Assembly (NCBI GenBank): GCA_964447525.1
Contig: CAYUSU010000001.1
Span: 26,012-90,011 of the forward strand
From: an uncultured archaeon
GTDB taxonomy: Archaea > Aenigmatarchaeota > Aenigmatarchaeia > QMZP01 > QMZT01
DNA: 64,000 nucleotides
Direction: 5' to 3'
In this document: one piece after another, positions 17,277 to 26,915 of the stretch
Layout: every line of letters begins with the position of its first letter
Numbering within the stretch: position 1 is the stretch's first letter
The notes under the pieces: model-generated
The model's input: the letters and a program-made list of their open reading frames with translations, nothing else
What the model was told of the DNA's origin: nothing
Databases searched by the model: none
Program-made: the position numbers and the translations under genes

Positions 17277-18986
17277 ATGACATCCGAAAATATGTTTGAA
17301 AGAGAAGTCAAGAATCTTCTCGGGAAATATGTCAATAAAGATAAAATCGTTCTGGAAAAAACGGCGCAGCCGGAATTCGGTGATGTCGCGTTCCCGTGTT
17401 TCACTCTTTCGAAAGAGATGAGGAAAAGTCCGGTCGTCATAGCAGAAGAACTTTCGAAAAAGATAAAACCTGTTGATCTTGTCAGTAAAATAGATGCCAA
17501 GGGAGGATATCTTAATTTCTTCGCTGATTGGGGAAAGATTTTTAATGGCGTTTATGAAGAGATTGAAAAAAAACCGGAAGGTTTCGGTTCCGGAAATCCT
17601 GATAAAAAAGAGAAAATATTGGTTGAGTATTCTGCACCTAACACGAATAAACCCCTTCATCTCGGTCACATCAGAAATAATTCTTTAGGGATGTCCCTTT
17701 CCAGTATACTGGAGTTTTCCGGTTTCGATGTTGTAAAGGTTAATCTGGTGAACGACCGGGGTATTCACATATGCAAATCAATGATCGCTTACATGCTTTT
17801 CGGTAATGGGAAAACACCGGAAAGCGAGGGAAAAAAGGGCGATCATTTCGTCGGTGAATATTACGTGCTTTACAATGAAAAATCCAAGGATGATCCGTCC
17901 CTCGAGAGGAAGTCCAAAGAGCTTCTGAAGAAATGGGAAAACGGGGATAAGGATACCATGAATTTGTGGAAGAGGATGAATTCATGGACATTAGATGGGT
18001 TCAAAAAGACGTACGAAGATTACGGCTGCGAATTCGACAAATGGTATTATGAAAGTAAAACGTATGAACTGGGGAAGAAATTCGTCGTGGATGGCCTTAA
18101 GAAGGGGTTATTCAAGAAAGGGGACGAAGGGGAAATATACATAGATCTTTCGAAACAAGGACTGGACAAGAAGATACTTGTCCGTTCTGACGGGACGACT
18201 GTTTACATGACACAGGATCTTGGAACGACAAAACTCAAAAATGACGATTTTGATCCGGACAGGATGATATGGGTGGTTGCCAGCGAACAGAACTATCATT
18301 TCCAGGTACTTTTCAAGATACTTGAAATTCTGGGTCATGAATGGGCGAAGAATTGTTACCATTTGAATTACGGCATGGTTTTTCTCCCCGAAGGTAAGAT
18401 GAAATCGAGGGAGGGGAATGTCGTTGACGCGGATGATCTTTTGGAGAATCTCACCAAAGAGGCAGTCAAAGAGATTAAGAAAAGAGGGAATATTCAGGGA
18501 AAGAATGAAATAGAAAAAACGGCCAGAATTATCTCCCTCGGCGCAATAAAATTTTACATGCTCAAGACAAACCCGATGAAGGACGTTAGTTTCAACCCGA
18601 AGGATTCACTGTCTTTCGAAGGAGATACCGGTCCCTTTGTGCAGTATTCCCACGCAAGGATAGAGGGGATACTCAGAAGGCTCGGGAAAATTAAGAAGAA
18701 GCCCGATTTTTCACTGATGAATTCCCCGGAAGAGAATGACCTCATGAGAATAATTTACATTTTTCCTGATGTAGTGAAACAATCCAGCGAGAAATACAGT
18801 CCTTCCATAGTTGCCAGTTATCTTCTGGATGTTGCAAAATCATTCAACCGTTTTTATGAGAAGCATAACGTTATGAAATCCAGCGATGATGTAAAGGCTG
18901 CAAGAACAGCATTGATAAAATCAGTCAGAATTGTGATCAGAAATGGCCTGAAGCTTCTCGGGATAGAATCACCGGGTAGAATGTGA
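17277..18986 (+). CDS. argS: Arginine--tRNA ligase
   Basis: FGDVAFPCF, VEYSAPNTNKPLHLGHIRN (HIGH), KMKSREG, FEGDTGPFVQYSHAR, C-terminal LLGIESPGRM; ATG at 17277 chosen as start. Confidence 0.97.
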   Translation: MTSENMFEREVKNLLGKYVNKDKIVLEKTAQPEFGDVAFPCFTLSKEMRKSPVVIAEELSKKIKPVDLVSKIDAKGGYLNFFADWGKIFNGVYEEIEKKPEGFGSGNPDKKEKILVEYSAPNTNKPLHLGHIRNNSLGMSLSSILEFSGFDVVKVNLVNDRGIHICKSMIAYMLFGNGKTPESEGKKGDHFVGEYYVLYNEKSKDDPSLERKSKELLKKWENGDKDTMNLWKRMNSWTLDGFKKTYEDYGCEFDKWYYESKTYELGKKFVVDGLKKGLFKKGDEGEIYIDLSKQGLDKKILVRSDGTTVYMTQDLGTTKLKNDDFDPDRMIWVVASEQNYHFQVLFKILEILGHEWAKNCYHLNYGMVFLPEGKMKSREGNVVDADDLLENLTKEAVKEIKKRGNIQGKNEIEKTARIISLGAIKFYMLKTNPMKDVSFNPKDSLSFEGDTGPFVQYSHARIEGILRRLGKIKKKPDFSLMNSPEENDLMRIIYIFPDVVKQSSEKYSPSIVASYLLDVAKSFNRFYEKHNVMKSSDDVKAARTALIKSVRIVIRNGLKLLGIESPGRM

Positions 18987-18987
18987 A

Positions 18988-19650
18988 TCATATCGTTCTT
19001 ACGTGTATTCCTGTCGGACCTATTATCAACGGATGTATGTCCGTGGAATGATTAGTCATGCGCATTTTTCTTATTGACATCGAACGGTTGTATTTTGTCA
19101 TCCCCATATACTGTAAAACTATGACGGAATCCACCATGAACTCTATAACCCCTGATCTGGAAAGGGATTTGGTATCTTCCAGTATTTCTGACGTTACTAT
19201 TACGGCCTTGTTCATGTCCCTGAGCCTCTGCAGAATTCTGTAAAGGAATTTTCTTATCTTGAATGGCTCGTGTATATAGAGTTCGAACATGCTTACGGAA
19301 TCTATCACTACCCTCTTCGCTTTCATTGATTCCACGTTGTTAATTATCCTGTCCATTAATGTTTCGACATCAAAAGGTTCGATCTCTACCGTCTTGATCA
19401 TTTTCTTCTTTTCTAACGCGTCGAGATCCCATCCGAATTTTTTAGCCTGTTTCCTTATGTTTTCGATTGTTTCCCCGGTCGTTATGTAAAGACCCTTTTC
19501 ATTGTATTTTGTCGCCCCGTTGTGAATGAATTGCGTAGAAAAGATGGATTTACATGTTCCGGTCTTTCCGGAAATCAGTGTTATTGTCCCTTCTTCCAGT
19601 CCGCCTTCTATCAGACCGTCAAGACCAGGTATCCCCGTTTGCACCCTCAT
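18988..19650 (-). CDS. KaiC/RAD55-family RecA-superfamily ATPase (single domain)
   Basis: TGIPGLDGLIEGG, Walker A GKTGTCKS, RVVIDS, IRKMRMTNH. Confidence 0.9.
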   Translation of the reverse strand: MRVQTGIPGLDGLIEGGLEEGTITLISGKTGTCKSIFSTQFIHNGATKYNEKGLYITTGETIENIRKQAKKFGWDLDALEKKKMIKTVEIEPFDVETLMDRIINNVESMKAKRVVIDSVSMFELYIHEPFKIRKFLYRILQRLRDMNKAVIVTSEILEDTKSLSRSGVIEFMVDSVIVLQYMGMTKYNRSMSIRKMRMTNHSTDIHPLIIGPTGIHVRTI

Positions 19651-19708
19651 GCATTACTTTTCTTTTTCTGGTTAATAAATTTTTTAAGCTTTATTATAAA
19701 AATAATGT

Positions 19709-20515
19709 ATGAATAAGAGACAACCGGTCGTGTCTGGAGTTTTTTACGAATCGGATCTCGATGAACTTAAGAATTCACTGAAATTGATGTTCAAGAATAC
19801 GAAACTCCTCGGTAACCTTGGTGTTATTTCTCCGCATGCCGGATATGTATATTCCGGAATAACTTCCGCGTTCTCCCTTGCCTCGCTGAAACCATCCAAA
19901 AGATTCCTGATAATCGGACCGAACCATAATCTTCTAGGTCACGAGTTTTCTATCTCTGACGGAATTTGGGAAACCCCTCTCGGAGAAGCGAAGATTGACA
20001 ATGAATTAGCGAAATACCTTCTGAACAATAACATTATAAAGGATGATCCTATTGCTCATTCTCATGAGCATTCCATTGAAGTTCAGATACCATTCCTCCA
20101 GCACATATTCGGGAACTTCACATTCGTCCCGCTGTCAGTTGCGAACTCTGACTATTCGCATAAATTCCTCTCCAAGTGCGAATCTGTTGCAAAAACTATT
20201 TCCTCCGAGCTAAAGAAGAAAGATTTCAGAATAATAGTTTCTTCCGACTTCTCTCATTATATCCCGCAGGCGGAAGCTGACGAAAAGGACGAAAAGGCGA
20301 TCGAGATGATAAAGAATCTCAATGTAAGGGGATTTTTCAAAACGCTCGAAAAATTAGATGCTTCCATGTGCGGTTACGGACCAATAGCTATTCTCATGTC
20401 AGTTGCAAAAGAGATGGGGTGGAAAAAAATAGAGGTAATCAACCATTCCTCTTCAGGTGACGTAACGAAGGATAGGGATTCCGTGGTCAATTATTATTCC
20501 ATTGGATTTCGCTGA
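19709..20515 (+). CDS. MEMO1 family protein (AmmeMemoRadiSam protein B)
   Basis: RQPVVSGVFY, PHAGYVYSG, GPNH, EHSIEVQIPF, SSDFSHY, MCGYGP. Confidence 0.93.
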   Translation: MNKRQPVVSGVFYESDLDELKNSLKLMFKNTKLLGNLGVISPHAGYVYSGITSAFSLASLKPSKRFLIIGPNHNLLGHEFSISDGIWETPLGEAKIDNELAKYLLNNNIIKDDPIAHSHEHSIEVQIPFLQHIFGNFTFVPLSVANSDYSHKFLSKCESVAKTISSELKKKDFRIIVSSDFSHYIPQAEADEKDEKAIEMIKNLNVRGFFKTLEKLDASMCGYGPIAILMSVAKEMGWKKIEVINHSSSGDVTKDRDSVVNYYSIGFR

Positions 20516-21096
20516 AGCCATTTCTCCTTCAGGGAATTGACTTCTTTCGCCGCTTCTTCCATGATCTTTTCGTTCCTGTCCATCCCTTTCCAGTTTCCTC
20601 TTTCCTCACTTCCGTAATATAATGCGAAGAGATCCCTGAAGAATTTCGGCTTTCCGATCTTCGTATCCACAGAAAAAAGATTATTGTTTATCTGGAGAAA
20701 CATGTATTTACCGTTCTTTTGGTATATTTTTTTTATCTGATCAATTGAATCTATCATTTTCACGTGCTCCTTTTCTTTTACGATATCTTCGATTTTCCCT
20801 TTGAAAGGAAGGAAGTGCATATGTGCATGGAAGACGGTCTGGCCTGTTACCCCGTGCTCGAAAACAGCGAATGATCCGTATTCCTCCTTCAGAAATTTAA
20901 TGACATTTTCGTATAATAATTTGAATTCTTCAAATTCCTCTCCGAGAGCACCCATGCAAGAAATGTGATCCTTTGGTATTATCAGAATATGACCTTCCTT
21001 CAGAGGATGAATATCTGCGTATACTGATAACTTCTTTCCCTTCGACAGAGGAACACTCAATGCAAAAGAATCAATGTTACAGTGCACGCAATCCAT
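20494..21096 (-). CDS. HIT family hydrolase
   Basis: CxxC at the N-terminus, GHILIIPKDH, GQTVFHAHMH. Confidence 0.88.
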   Translation of the reverse strand: MDCVHCNIDSFALSVPLSKGKKLSVYADIHPLKEGHILIIPKDHISCMGALGEEFEEFKLLYENVIKFLKEEYGSFAVFEHGVTGQTVFHAHMHFLPFKGKIEDIVKEKEHVKMIDSIDQIKKIYQKNGKYMFLQINNNLFSVDTKIGKPKFFRDLFALYYGSEERGNWKGMDRNEKIMEEAAKEVNSLKEKWLQRNPME

Positions 21097-21097
21097 G

Positions 21098-21493
21098 TTA
21101 ACTCCTTCTTAACGGGTTTTCCGGAGACTGTTCCGCAAGGAAAAGGCGCTTGGGATTGGGATGACCCTTCACCGTGACGCCGAGCATCTCCATGAGCTCC
21201 CTTTCGAAAAGATCAGTACCGGGAAAGATTCCAGTGATCGTGTCAATTTCCGGATTCTCCTTGCTCAGCGATGTTCTGAGATTTATTACGATACCTTCGT
21301 GTGCCATGTGATATAACACTTCTATACTCTCTTCCACATCAACACCGCTTATCATAATGATTCTCTGTATTCCGGAATTGTAAAGCCTCTCCATAATTTC
21401 CTTCACATTAGCACTTTCGAATGCTGCCCATATTTCATTTCCGTTTCTGTGCATTTCTCCGGTTAAATCCCTGATAACATTATCAATGTTCAT
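21098..21493 (-). CDS. mbhK: Mbh-type hydrogenase subunit K (NuoC-like)
   Basis: ISGVD, FERELMEMLGVTVKGHPNPKRLFL...PLRR. Confidence 0.85.
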   Translation of the reverse strand: MNIDNVIRDLTGEMHRNGNEIWAAFESANVKEIMERLYNSGIQRIIMISGVDVEESIEVLYHMAHEGIVINLRTSLSKENPEIDTITGIFPGTDLFERELMEMLGVTVKGHPNPKRLFLAEQSPENPLRRS

Positions 21494-21942
21494 TTATTTC
21501 CCTCCATCTTTTTGATTATTTTCACGACGCCTGCTATGATGGCCTCTGGTTTGGGTGGACATCCCGGAACGTAGACATCCACGGGGATGATTTTATCGAG
21601 CGGACCGTCCGAGTTGTACGAATCGTAAAAAACTCCCTTAGAAATTGCGCATGATCCAACCGCTAGCACGTATTTCGGGTTTGGTATCTGCTGATAGATT
21701 GTTATGAGCCGGTCTTTTACTTTTTTCGTTACGACCCCTTCAACAATGAGGATATCCGCATGCCTCGGGGACCCTTTTTCTGTTATACCAAATCTTTCGA
21801 CATCATATTTAGGTGTCAGGCTTGCCAATATTTCGATGGAACAGCCGTTGCATCCACCCGCCCCGAAATGTATAATCCACGGGGATTTTTTTCTGCAATA
21901 TTTCACAAGCTTTCCCATAACGGATTCGTTTTTTTTCTTCAT
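21490..21942 (-). CDS. mbhJ: Mbh-type hydrogenase small subunit J (NuoB-like)
   Basis: GGCNGCSIE, SPRHADIL, GSCAISKG, VDVYVPGCPPKPE; start at 21942 by TAATG overlap. Confidence 0.88.
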   Translation of the reverse strand: MKKKNESVMGKLVKYCRKKSPWIIHFGAGGCNGCSIEILASLTPKYDVERFGITEKGSPRHADILIVEGVVTKKVKDRLITIYQQIPNPKYVLAVGSCAISKGVFYDSYNSDGPLDKIIPVDVYVPGCPPKPEAIIAGVVKIIKKMEGNK

Positions 21943-22238
21943 TAAATCACCAAAACCATCATTACTATTATAACAACCCCCACAATCATCCATATAACGT
22001 AATCCGACAGTTTTCCCGTGTGGATGTCCCTGAGTTTGTTGAGACCGAAACTGTCGATTATTGCCTGATAGAAATTATCGGAAGTAACCGAATTTTTTTG
22101 TAAGTTCTCACCGCAGGTATATGTTTCATCCTTTTTACCATCGGGTCTGAACGACCTGTTGCCGAGAAGGTATATCATCAGACCTAACAAAATGAATCCC
22201 ACGAAGCAACCCACGAACAAAGTCCAGCCCTCAAACAT
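21942..22238 (-). CDS. mbhI: Mbh subunit I-like membrane protein
   Basis: YTCGE and HTGKLSDYVIW motifs; operon position. Confidence 0.75.
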   Translation of the reverse strand: MFEGWTLFVGCFVGFILLGLMIYLLGNRSFRPDGKKDETYTCGENLQKNSVTSDNFYQAIIDSFGLNKLRDIHTGKLSDYVIWMIVGVVIIVMMVLVI

Positions 22239-22244
22239 ACGACA

Positions 22245-23666
22245 TCATCCCACCCCCAGAACAGCGTTTATATATTGTCCCTGCTCCAATAAAACGTTCG
22301 TTGCCGGCTCAACGAACATCATTCCGATCTGCGGTAAAATACCTATAATAATGCATATAATTGCCAATATTATGATAGGTATCAACATAGTTTTCGGTGT
22401 TTTCTTTACTATCTTGAATGTTGAAGGTCCCATGAATATACATGAAAATACCTTCAAATAATACGCGAGAGTGATAGCGGAAACTATTATGGCTATCGAT
22501 GTTATGATTGGACTTACTTCCCACGTTGCAAGGTATATCAGCCATTTCGAAGCAAAACCGTTTAGTGGGGGTATTCCGGCTGTTCCCAGCGCCCCGATAC
22601 CGAAACAAAATGCAACCCATGGCATCCGTTTTCCGAGTCCGCCCAGCTTGTTCAGATCCCTCGTTCCCGTATGCCACAAAATAATACCGAACGAAAGGAA
22701 AAGGAGGCATTTTAGCAGTATGTTATTGAACAGATGGAAAAGTCCTGCCGTAACACCCGCGGGAGTTCCCATCCCGATGGCTATGAATATATACCCTACT
22801 TGGCTGACCGTCGAATAAGCGAGCAATCTCTTTACGTCTTTTTGCATTATCGCCATGAGCCCGCCCACGACCATGGTTATCAATCCGAGAATTATCAGCA
22901 TCCAGAAAATGCTCATTATGCCGAACACGGTGAATATTATCCTTATCGTCATGTAGACGCCTGATCCTATTATAACACTTGACAGGAGTGCGGAAACCGG
23001 CGAAGGTGCGGCAGGATGAACATCCGGTAGCCAGAAATGGAACGGGACGATTGCGGACTTCAATGATAATCCTCCCAGTATTAGGCCAAGCACGATCATG
23101 AATACAGGTCCGCCGGATATTTTCAGGGCCATGTCCGCCATATTAAGCGTTCCGGTGAGTCCGTAAAGCATCGCTATCCCTACCAGCAGGAACGACGATG
23201 AAAGAGATCCGGTAATCAGATACTTTAACGCCGCTTCGGTAGATTCCTTGTTGAGCAGGAAAGCCACCAGAGCGTATGAAGCGACTGACATCAGTTCGAA
23301 AAACACGTACATGTTGAATATGTCGCCCGTGAGGGATATTCCGATAAGACCTATCGTGAGGAGGCATATCAGCGTATAGTACCTGTGTTTCCTTTCCTTG
23401 ACGTATTTGACGGAATAGACCGCAGTGAGGGACATTATCCCGGTGATCATTATTGCCATGAACAGCCCGAGTTTGTCGAGCACCCATACTATTCCGAAAG
23501 GAGGAGACCAACCGGAGAATGCAAACATCATGATGTCCGGGCTGAAATACGCGAGAAGGAAGAAGATGAAAGAAAAAATTATTGCTGATATTGCTATTAT
23601 GTCCCTCTTCAGTACCAGTACAAGGAACGCGGCCAGGAAAAGGACGCTTAACACTATGGTTATCAT
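22245..23666 (-). CDS. mbhH: Mbh subunit H (MrpD/NuoN-like antiporter subunit)
   Basis: GWSPPFGI, TGDIFNMYVFFELMS, PFHFWLPDVHPAAPSPVSALLS, KRLLAYSTVSQVGY, GIPPLNGFASKW. Confidence 0.9.
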   Translation of the reverse strand: MITIVLSVLFLAAFLVLVLKRDIIAISAIIFSFIFFLLAYFSPDIMMFAFSGWSPPFGIVWVLDKLGLFMAIMITGIMSLTAVYSVKYVKERKHRYYTLICLLTIGLIGISLTGDIFNMYVFFELMSVASYALVAFLLNKESTEAALKYLITGSLSSSFLLVGIAMLYGLTGTLNMADMALKISGGPVFMIVLGLILGGLSLKSAIVPFHFWLPDVHPAAPSPVSALLSSVIIGSGVYMTIRIIFTVFGIMSIFWMLIILGLITMVVGGLMAIMQKDVKRLLAYSTVSQVGYIFIAIGMGTPAGVTAGLFHLFNNILLKCLLFLSFGIILWHTGTRDLNKLGGLGKRMPWVAFCFGIGALGTAGIPPLNGFASKWLIYLATWEVSPIITSIAIIVSAITLAYYLKVFSCIFMGPSTFKIVKKTPKTMLIPIIILAIICIIIGILPQIGMMFVEPATNVLLEQGQYINAVLGVG

Positions 23667-23667
23667 T

Positions 23668-24024
23668 TTATCCCCTTAGATCGCTCATCTTCTCCGTATC
23701 AAGAGTCTTGAAATGCCTGTAGGCTATTATCGCAATGCATAACGCAAGCGCCGTTATGCTGAGGCTTATGACTATCGAGGTCAGCACGAGTGCCTGCGGA
23801 ACCGGATCCACGGAAAACTGTGAGAACGTGTTTACGTTTTCCGGCGTTATTATCGGGGGTATCCCGTTCTCCCTTGAACCTATCGTTATCAGCAGCAGAT
23901 GAATAGCATCCGTGAATATGGCGAGGCCTATTATCTTCTTTATGAGGTTCGGTTTCATCGCTACGCAATACACCCCCAACATCATCATCAACCCGGACGT
24001 TAAATACAACTCTATCATAATCAT
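23668..24024 (-). CDS. mbhG: Mbh subunit G (MrpC-like)
   Basis: NLIKKIIGL, DPVPQALVLTSIVI; start at 24024 by ATGA overlap. Confidence 0.88.
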   Translation of the reverse strand: MIMIELYLTSGLMMMLGVYCVAMKPNLIKKIIGLAIFTDAIHLLLITIGSRENGIPPIITPENVNTFSQFSVDPVPQALVLTSIVISLSITALALCIAIIAYRHFKTLDTEKMSDLRG

Positions 24025-24416
24025 TCCTTGATCAGTAAAAATACGATCACGGTGAGAGCCATCGTGACCATTATCCCCCCGAATACATTCAGCAGGAGTA
24101 CCTGCTGAGCGCTCCATAAATTGAAAATAGTACCTGACGGCGTCAGAACGCTCCTGAAAAATGTCTCGAAAATCACCAAGAATATGAGGAAGGAGGCCAT
24201 CGTCCCTTCGATTATATGGGCGGTTTCCTCCTTTATTATTCTTTCCGCCTTTCTGAGCCCGAATGCCAAAGCAACCAACGTAATTCCAACGACGACCATG
24301 GTCCCTCCGGGGAAAGAGCCTCCCGGCGTCAGATGCCCGTGGAGTATGATGTAAACACCGAACAATAGTATGAAAGGGAAGAGACCCTTTACCGTGGTCT
24401 TCACTATAACATCCAT
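24021..24416 (-). CDS. mbhF: Mbh subunit F (MrpB/MnhB-like)
   Basis: HGHLTPGGSFPGG. Confidence 0.88.
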   Translation of the reverse strand: MDVIVKTTVKGLFPFILLFGVYIILHGHLTPGGSFPGGTMVVVGITLVALAFGLRKAERIIKEETAHIIEGTMASFLIFLVIFETFFRSVLTPSGTIFNLWSAQQVLLLNVFGGIMVTMALTVIVFLLIKE

Positions 24417-24700
24417 TATTTTCCCTCCCCCTTGCCCAAACCGAACATTACCAAGCTGAATATGCCCATCGCTGCCGTGAAAAGGACCGTTTCTTCACCG
24501 AGCGTGTCGAAACTCCTGAAATCCCACACTATCGACCCCACGACATTCGCGGAATTCGTCTCCTTCAGGGAATTCTGGATGTAATGCTCCGCCACGGACT
24601 TGTTGTCCCATTCCCCGAAACCAGGGAACATGAAAACGTAAAGCATGAAAGAGAATATCATGACCATGCACACACCAACGACTATGTTTCTCTTCATCAT
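24416..24700 (-). CDS. mbhE: Mbh subunit E
   Basis: NVVGSIVWDFRSFDTLGEETVLF. Confidence 0.88.
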   Translation of the reverse strand: MMKRNIVVGVCMVMIFSFMLYVFMFPGFGEWDNKSVAEHYIQNSLKETNSANVVGSIVWDFRSFDTLGEETVLFTAAMGIFSLVMFGLGKGEGK

Positions 24701-24930
24701 TTTTCCATCCTCGCGGTTTTTTGTATCGCTATCACGAAAATCAGCGTAGTAAGGCCGGCCTTGATCGCTGCTTCTGTTATTGCGATGTCCGGTGCCTGAA
24801 GAATAAGGAATGACAATGAAAGCATAAGGGATAAGATGGCCAGGAAAATTACAGAATAAAGAAGATCCTTTGAAATCACTGCAAAAAATGCAAATGCCAC
24901 AATTCCCATCAGGAGAACTATAATGATCAT
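24697..24930 (-). CDS. mbhD: Mbh subunit D (DUF4040-like)
   Basis: DLLYSVI, LQAPDIAITEAAIKAGL. Confidence 0.85.
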   Translation of the reverse strand: MIIIVLLMGIVAFAFFAVISKDLLYSVIFLAILSLMLSLSFLILQAPDIAITEAAIKAGLTTLIFVIAIQKTARMEK

Positions 24931-24970
24931 ATAATATTATTATTATAGCCCTGATAAATTACTATTGGGT

Positions 24971-25390
24971 TCATAACTTTTTTTCTTTTCCCGACATTGA
25001 CTGTATTTCAGAACCAATTTCATTCATTTTTTCGGCTATCTGCTCCATTTGAACCTGTATTTCTTCCACAGTTTTTTCTATTTCTTCCGATCTTTCTTTG
25101 AGAAGTGTCTTAACATCCACCGTTTTTTTGTCTGAGATGATTCCTGCTCCAATATCTGTCAGGAGGGAATCTCTGTCAATTATTTTTCCCTTTGCGAAAC
25201 ACCCGCTTCCGAAAGGAACTAAAATTTCGTTTTCATTACCATTTTTTTTCATTTCTTCTATTGCGTTAATGGTGCTCCTTGTCTCTAGAAACTGTTGTTC
25301 TATCATATCCTGTTGCTTTTTGAGGGCTTCCATGTTCTGCTGAAATATCTGCAGCATGACGTATTTCTCGGTCATCTTTTGGTCAGTCAT
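24971..25390 (-). CDS. pfdA: Prefoldin subunit alpha
   Basis: Coiled coils flanking EILVPFGSGCFAKG and DIGAGI beta hairpins. Confidence 0.92.
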   Translation of the reverse strand: MTDQKMTEKYVMLQIFQQNMEALKKQQDMIEQQFLETRSTINAIEEMKKNGNENEILVPFGSGCFAKGKIIDRDSLLTDIGAGIISDKKTVDVKTLLKERSEEIEKTVEEIQVQMEQIAEKMNEIGSEIQSMSGKEKKL

Positions 25391-25431
25391 ACTGGTCTTA
25401 ATGTATTACAAACTTATAAATTTTCAAAAAA

Positions 25432-25770
25432 TCAGAGCAACTTAAGATGTTTGGTGACTTTGTCTATTTCTTTCTCCTCGCAAGGACCTATCCCTAGAAC
25501 GGTCACGGTTCCTGGCTCTAACTGGGTCCTTCCCGCGTCCCTTATTAGCGAACAGGGAAATTTTCCCCTGACATTTTCATGTATTTTCATTAGTCCCTTA
25601 AGGTCATCTACCTTCAGAATTACCTTTTTTGACCCTTCAGCTTCCCATTCCGCCCGTTCTTTCGAATCGGATTTCTTGTATGCCTCTATGCTGGCGTGAG
25701 CTACCTGCGCGGCCATCTTCCCTTTGTCCATCTTGATGTCTTTTCTTACGATAATCACTTGCTTGAACAT
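25432..25770 (-). CDS. pth2: Peptidyl-tRNA hydrolase Pth2
   Basis: KQVIIVRKDIKMDKGKMAAQVAHAS, DAGRTQ, TVLGIGP, HLKLL. Confidence 0.96.
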   Translation of the reverse strand: MFKQVIIVRKDIKMDKGKMAAQVAHASIEAYKKSDSKERAEWEAEGSKKVILKVDDLKGLMKIHENVRGKFPCSLIRDAGRTQLEPGTVTVLGIGPCEEKEIDKVTKHLKLL

Positions 25771-25848
25771 AATATTATTTGGGAACGGTTGAATAAAAAC
25801 AGAAATAAAAATAAAAAAATGTCCAAAAAGGAATGGGACGATTGTGAT

Positions 25849-26295
25849 TTACACTTTTCCTGTCACTGTGGCAGTGTCACTTGCCTGATAACCGCCCTGT
25901 GGAGTGTAAGTCACTACTACCTTCAGCGAATAGGATGATCCTGCAGACAATCCCATCGATGTGCAGTTGACTGTTGTTTCGGTTATCTGTCCGGGTGCTA
26001 TGTTGAATCCCGAAGAGTTAGTCGTACACCCAGTTCCCCCAGCGGTCGGAGCCACAGCCACAGAACCAACTGATATGGTCTTCCCTACCTGATTCGGAAG
26101 CTTTATTCGGAAAGTTCCGCCCGTTTCAAGTATGTGAGCTGTTGAAGCCCCAAGTGTTTGGAATCTTGCTTCTGTTGTCGTCGTCGCTGGAGTAAAGACA
26201 CCCAATGCGTATAGAGCTGCTGCCACTATTATAACGATCAGTATCGCCCATCCATATGTCATTAAATATTCCATTGCTGATTGAGCTTTTCTCAT
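25849..26295 (-). CDS. Archaeal type IV pilin (copy 1)
   Basis: Class III signal MRKA|QSAMEYLMTYGWAILIVIIV; Thr/Ser/Gly-rich head with a Cys pair; ATG 26295. Confidence 0.9.
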   Translation of the reverse strand: MRKAQSAMEYLMTYGWAILIVIIVAAALYALGVFTPATTTTEARFQTLGASTAHILETGGTFRIKLPNQVGKTISVGSVAVAPTAGGTGCTTNSSGFNIAPGQITETTVNCTSMGLSAGSSYSLKVVVTYTPQGGYQASDTATVTGKV

Positions 26296-26321
26296 AACGA
26301 TCAATTTATAATTGGTTTCAA
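25984..26321. repeat. 338-bp exact direct repeat, copy A (partner 26578-26915)
   Basis: Identical by base comparison, offset 594; covers the 5' flank and first ~104 codons of the pilins. Confidence 0.9.
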
Positions 26322-26325
26322 CTGC

Positions 26326-26333
26326 TATATAAA
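26326..26333 (-). promoter_or_regulatory. TATA box of pilin copy 1
   Basis: TTTATATA ~30 nt upstream of ATG; equivalent box at 26920-26927 for copy 2. Confidence 0.65.
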
Positions 26334-26366
26334 TAATCCGTTATTCCCGGATTATCGAAGTATCTG

Positions 26367-26420
26367 AATAAAATAAAAAAAAATAAAAAAAAGAACTGCG
26401 GAAATAAAAAAATGCAGTTC
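26367..26420 (-). terminator. Hairpin plus long oligo-T terminator after pilin copy 2
   Basis: GAACTGC/GCAGTTC inverted repeat (26393-26420) followed on the minus strand by a ~25-nt T-rich tract. Confidence 0.6.
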
Positions 26421-26442
26421 ATTTTTATTGGACAATTGCGAT

Positions 26443-26889
26443 TTAAACCGTTCCTGTTACAGTGGCGCTGTCCGATGAAGCATACCCGCCAGTCGGTACG
26501 TAACTAACTGTTACCTTCAGCGAATATGGCGCACCAGATGATAATCCAAGCGTAGTACAGTTAACGGTTGTCTCCACTATCTGTCCGGGTGCTATGTTGA
26601 ATCCCGAAGAGTTAGTCGTACACCCAGTTCCCCCAGCGGTCGGAGCCACAGCCACAGAACCAACTGATATGGTCTTCCCTACCTGATTCGGAAGCTTTAT
26701 TCGGAAAGTTCCGCCCGTTTCAAGTATGTGAGCTGTTGAAGCCCCAAGTGTTTGGAATCTTGCTTCTGTTGTCGTCGTCGCTGGAGTAAAGACACCCAAT
26801 GCGTATAGAGCTGCTGCCACTATTATAACGATCAGTATCGCCCATCCATATGTCATTAAATATTCCATTGCTGATTGAGCTTTTCTCAT
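26443..26889 (-). CDS. Archaeal type IV pilin (copy 2)
   Basis: Same signal and N-terminal two-thirds as copy 1; divergent C-terminal ~44 aa. Confidence 0.9.
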   Translation of the reverse strand: MRKAQSAMEYLMTYGWAILIVIIVAAALYALGVFTPATTTTEARFQTLGASTAHILETGGTFRIKLPNQVGKTISVGSVAVAPTAGGTGCTTNSSGFNIAPGQIVETTVNCTTLGLSSGAPYSLKVTVSYVPTGGYASSDSATVTGTV

Positions 26890-26915
26890 AACGATCAATT
26901 TATAATTGGTTTCAA
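26578..26915. repeat. 338-bp exact direct repeat, copy B
   Basis: Identical to 25984-26321. Confidence 0.9.

Noticed and set aside
18988..19650. Circadian KaiC clock
   Set aside because: Single-domain archaeal KaiC-like ATPase lacking the ST phosphosites; no kaiA/kaiB
21098..24930. Respiratory complex I or stand-alone Mrp antiporter
   Set aside because: Gene order and subunits match mbhD-K; the small subunit has CNGC rather than the NuoB tandem CC
25849..26915. Pilin pair as a DGR template/variable repeat
   Set aside because: Differences include many non-adenine and synonymous changes (GTC/GTT, TGC/TGT, GGT/GGG); no reverse transcriptase in the window
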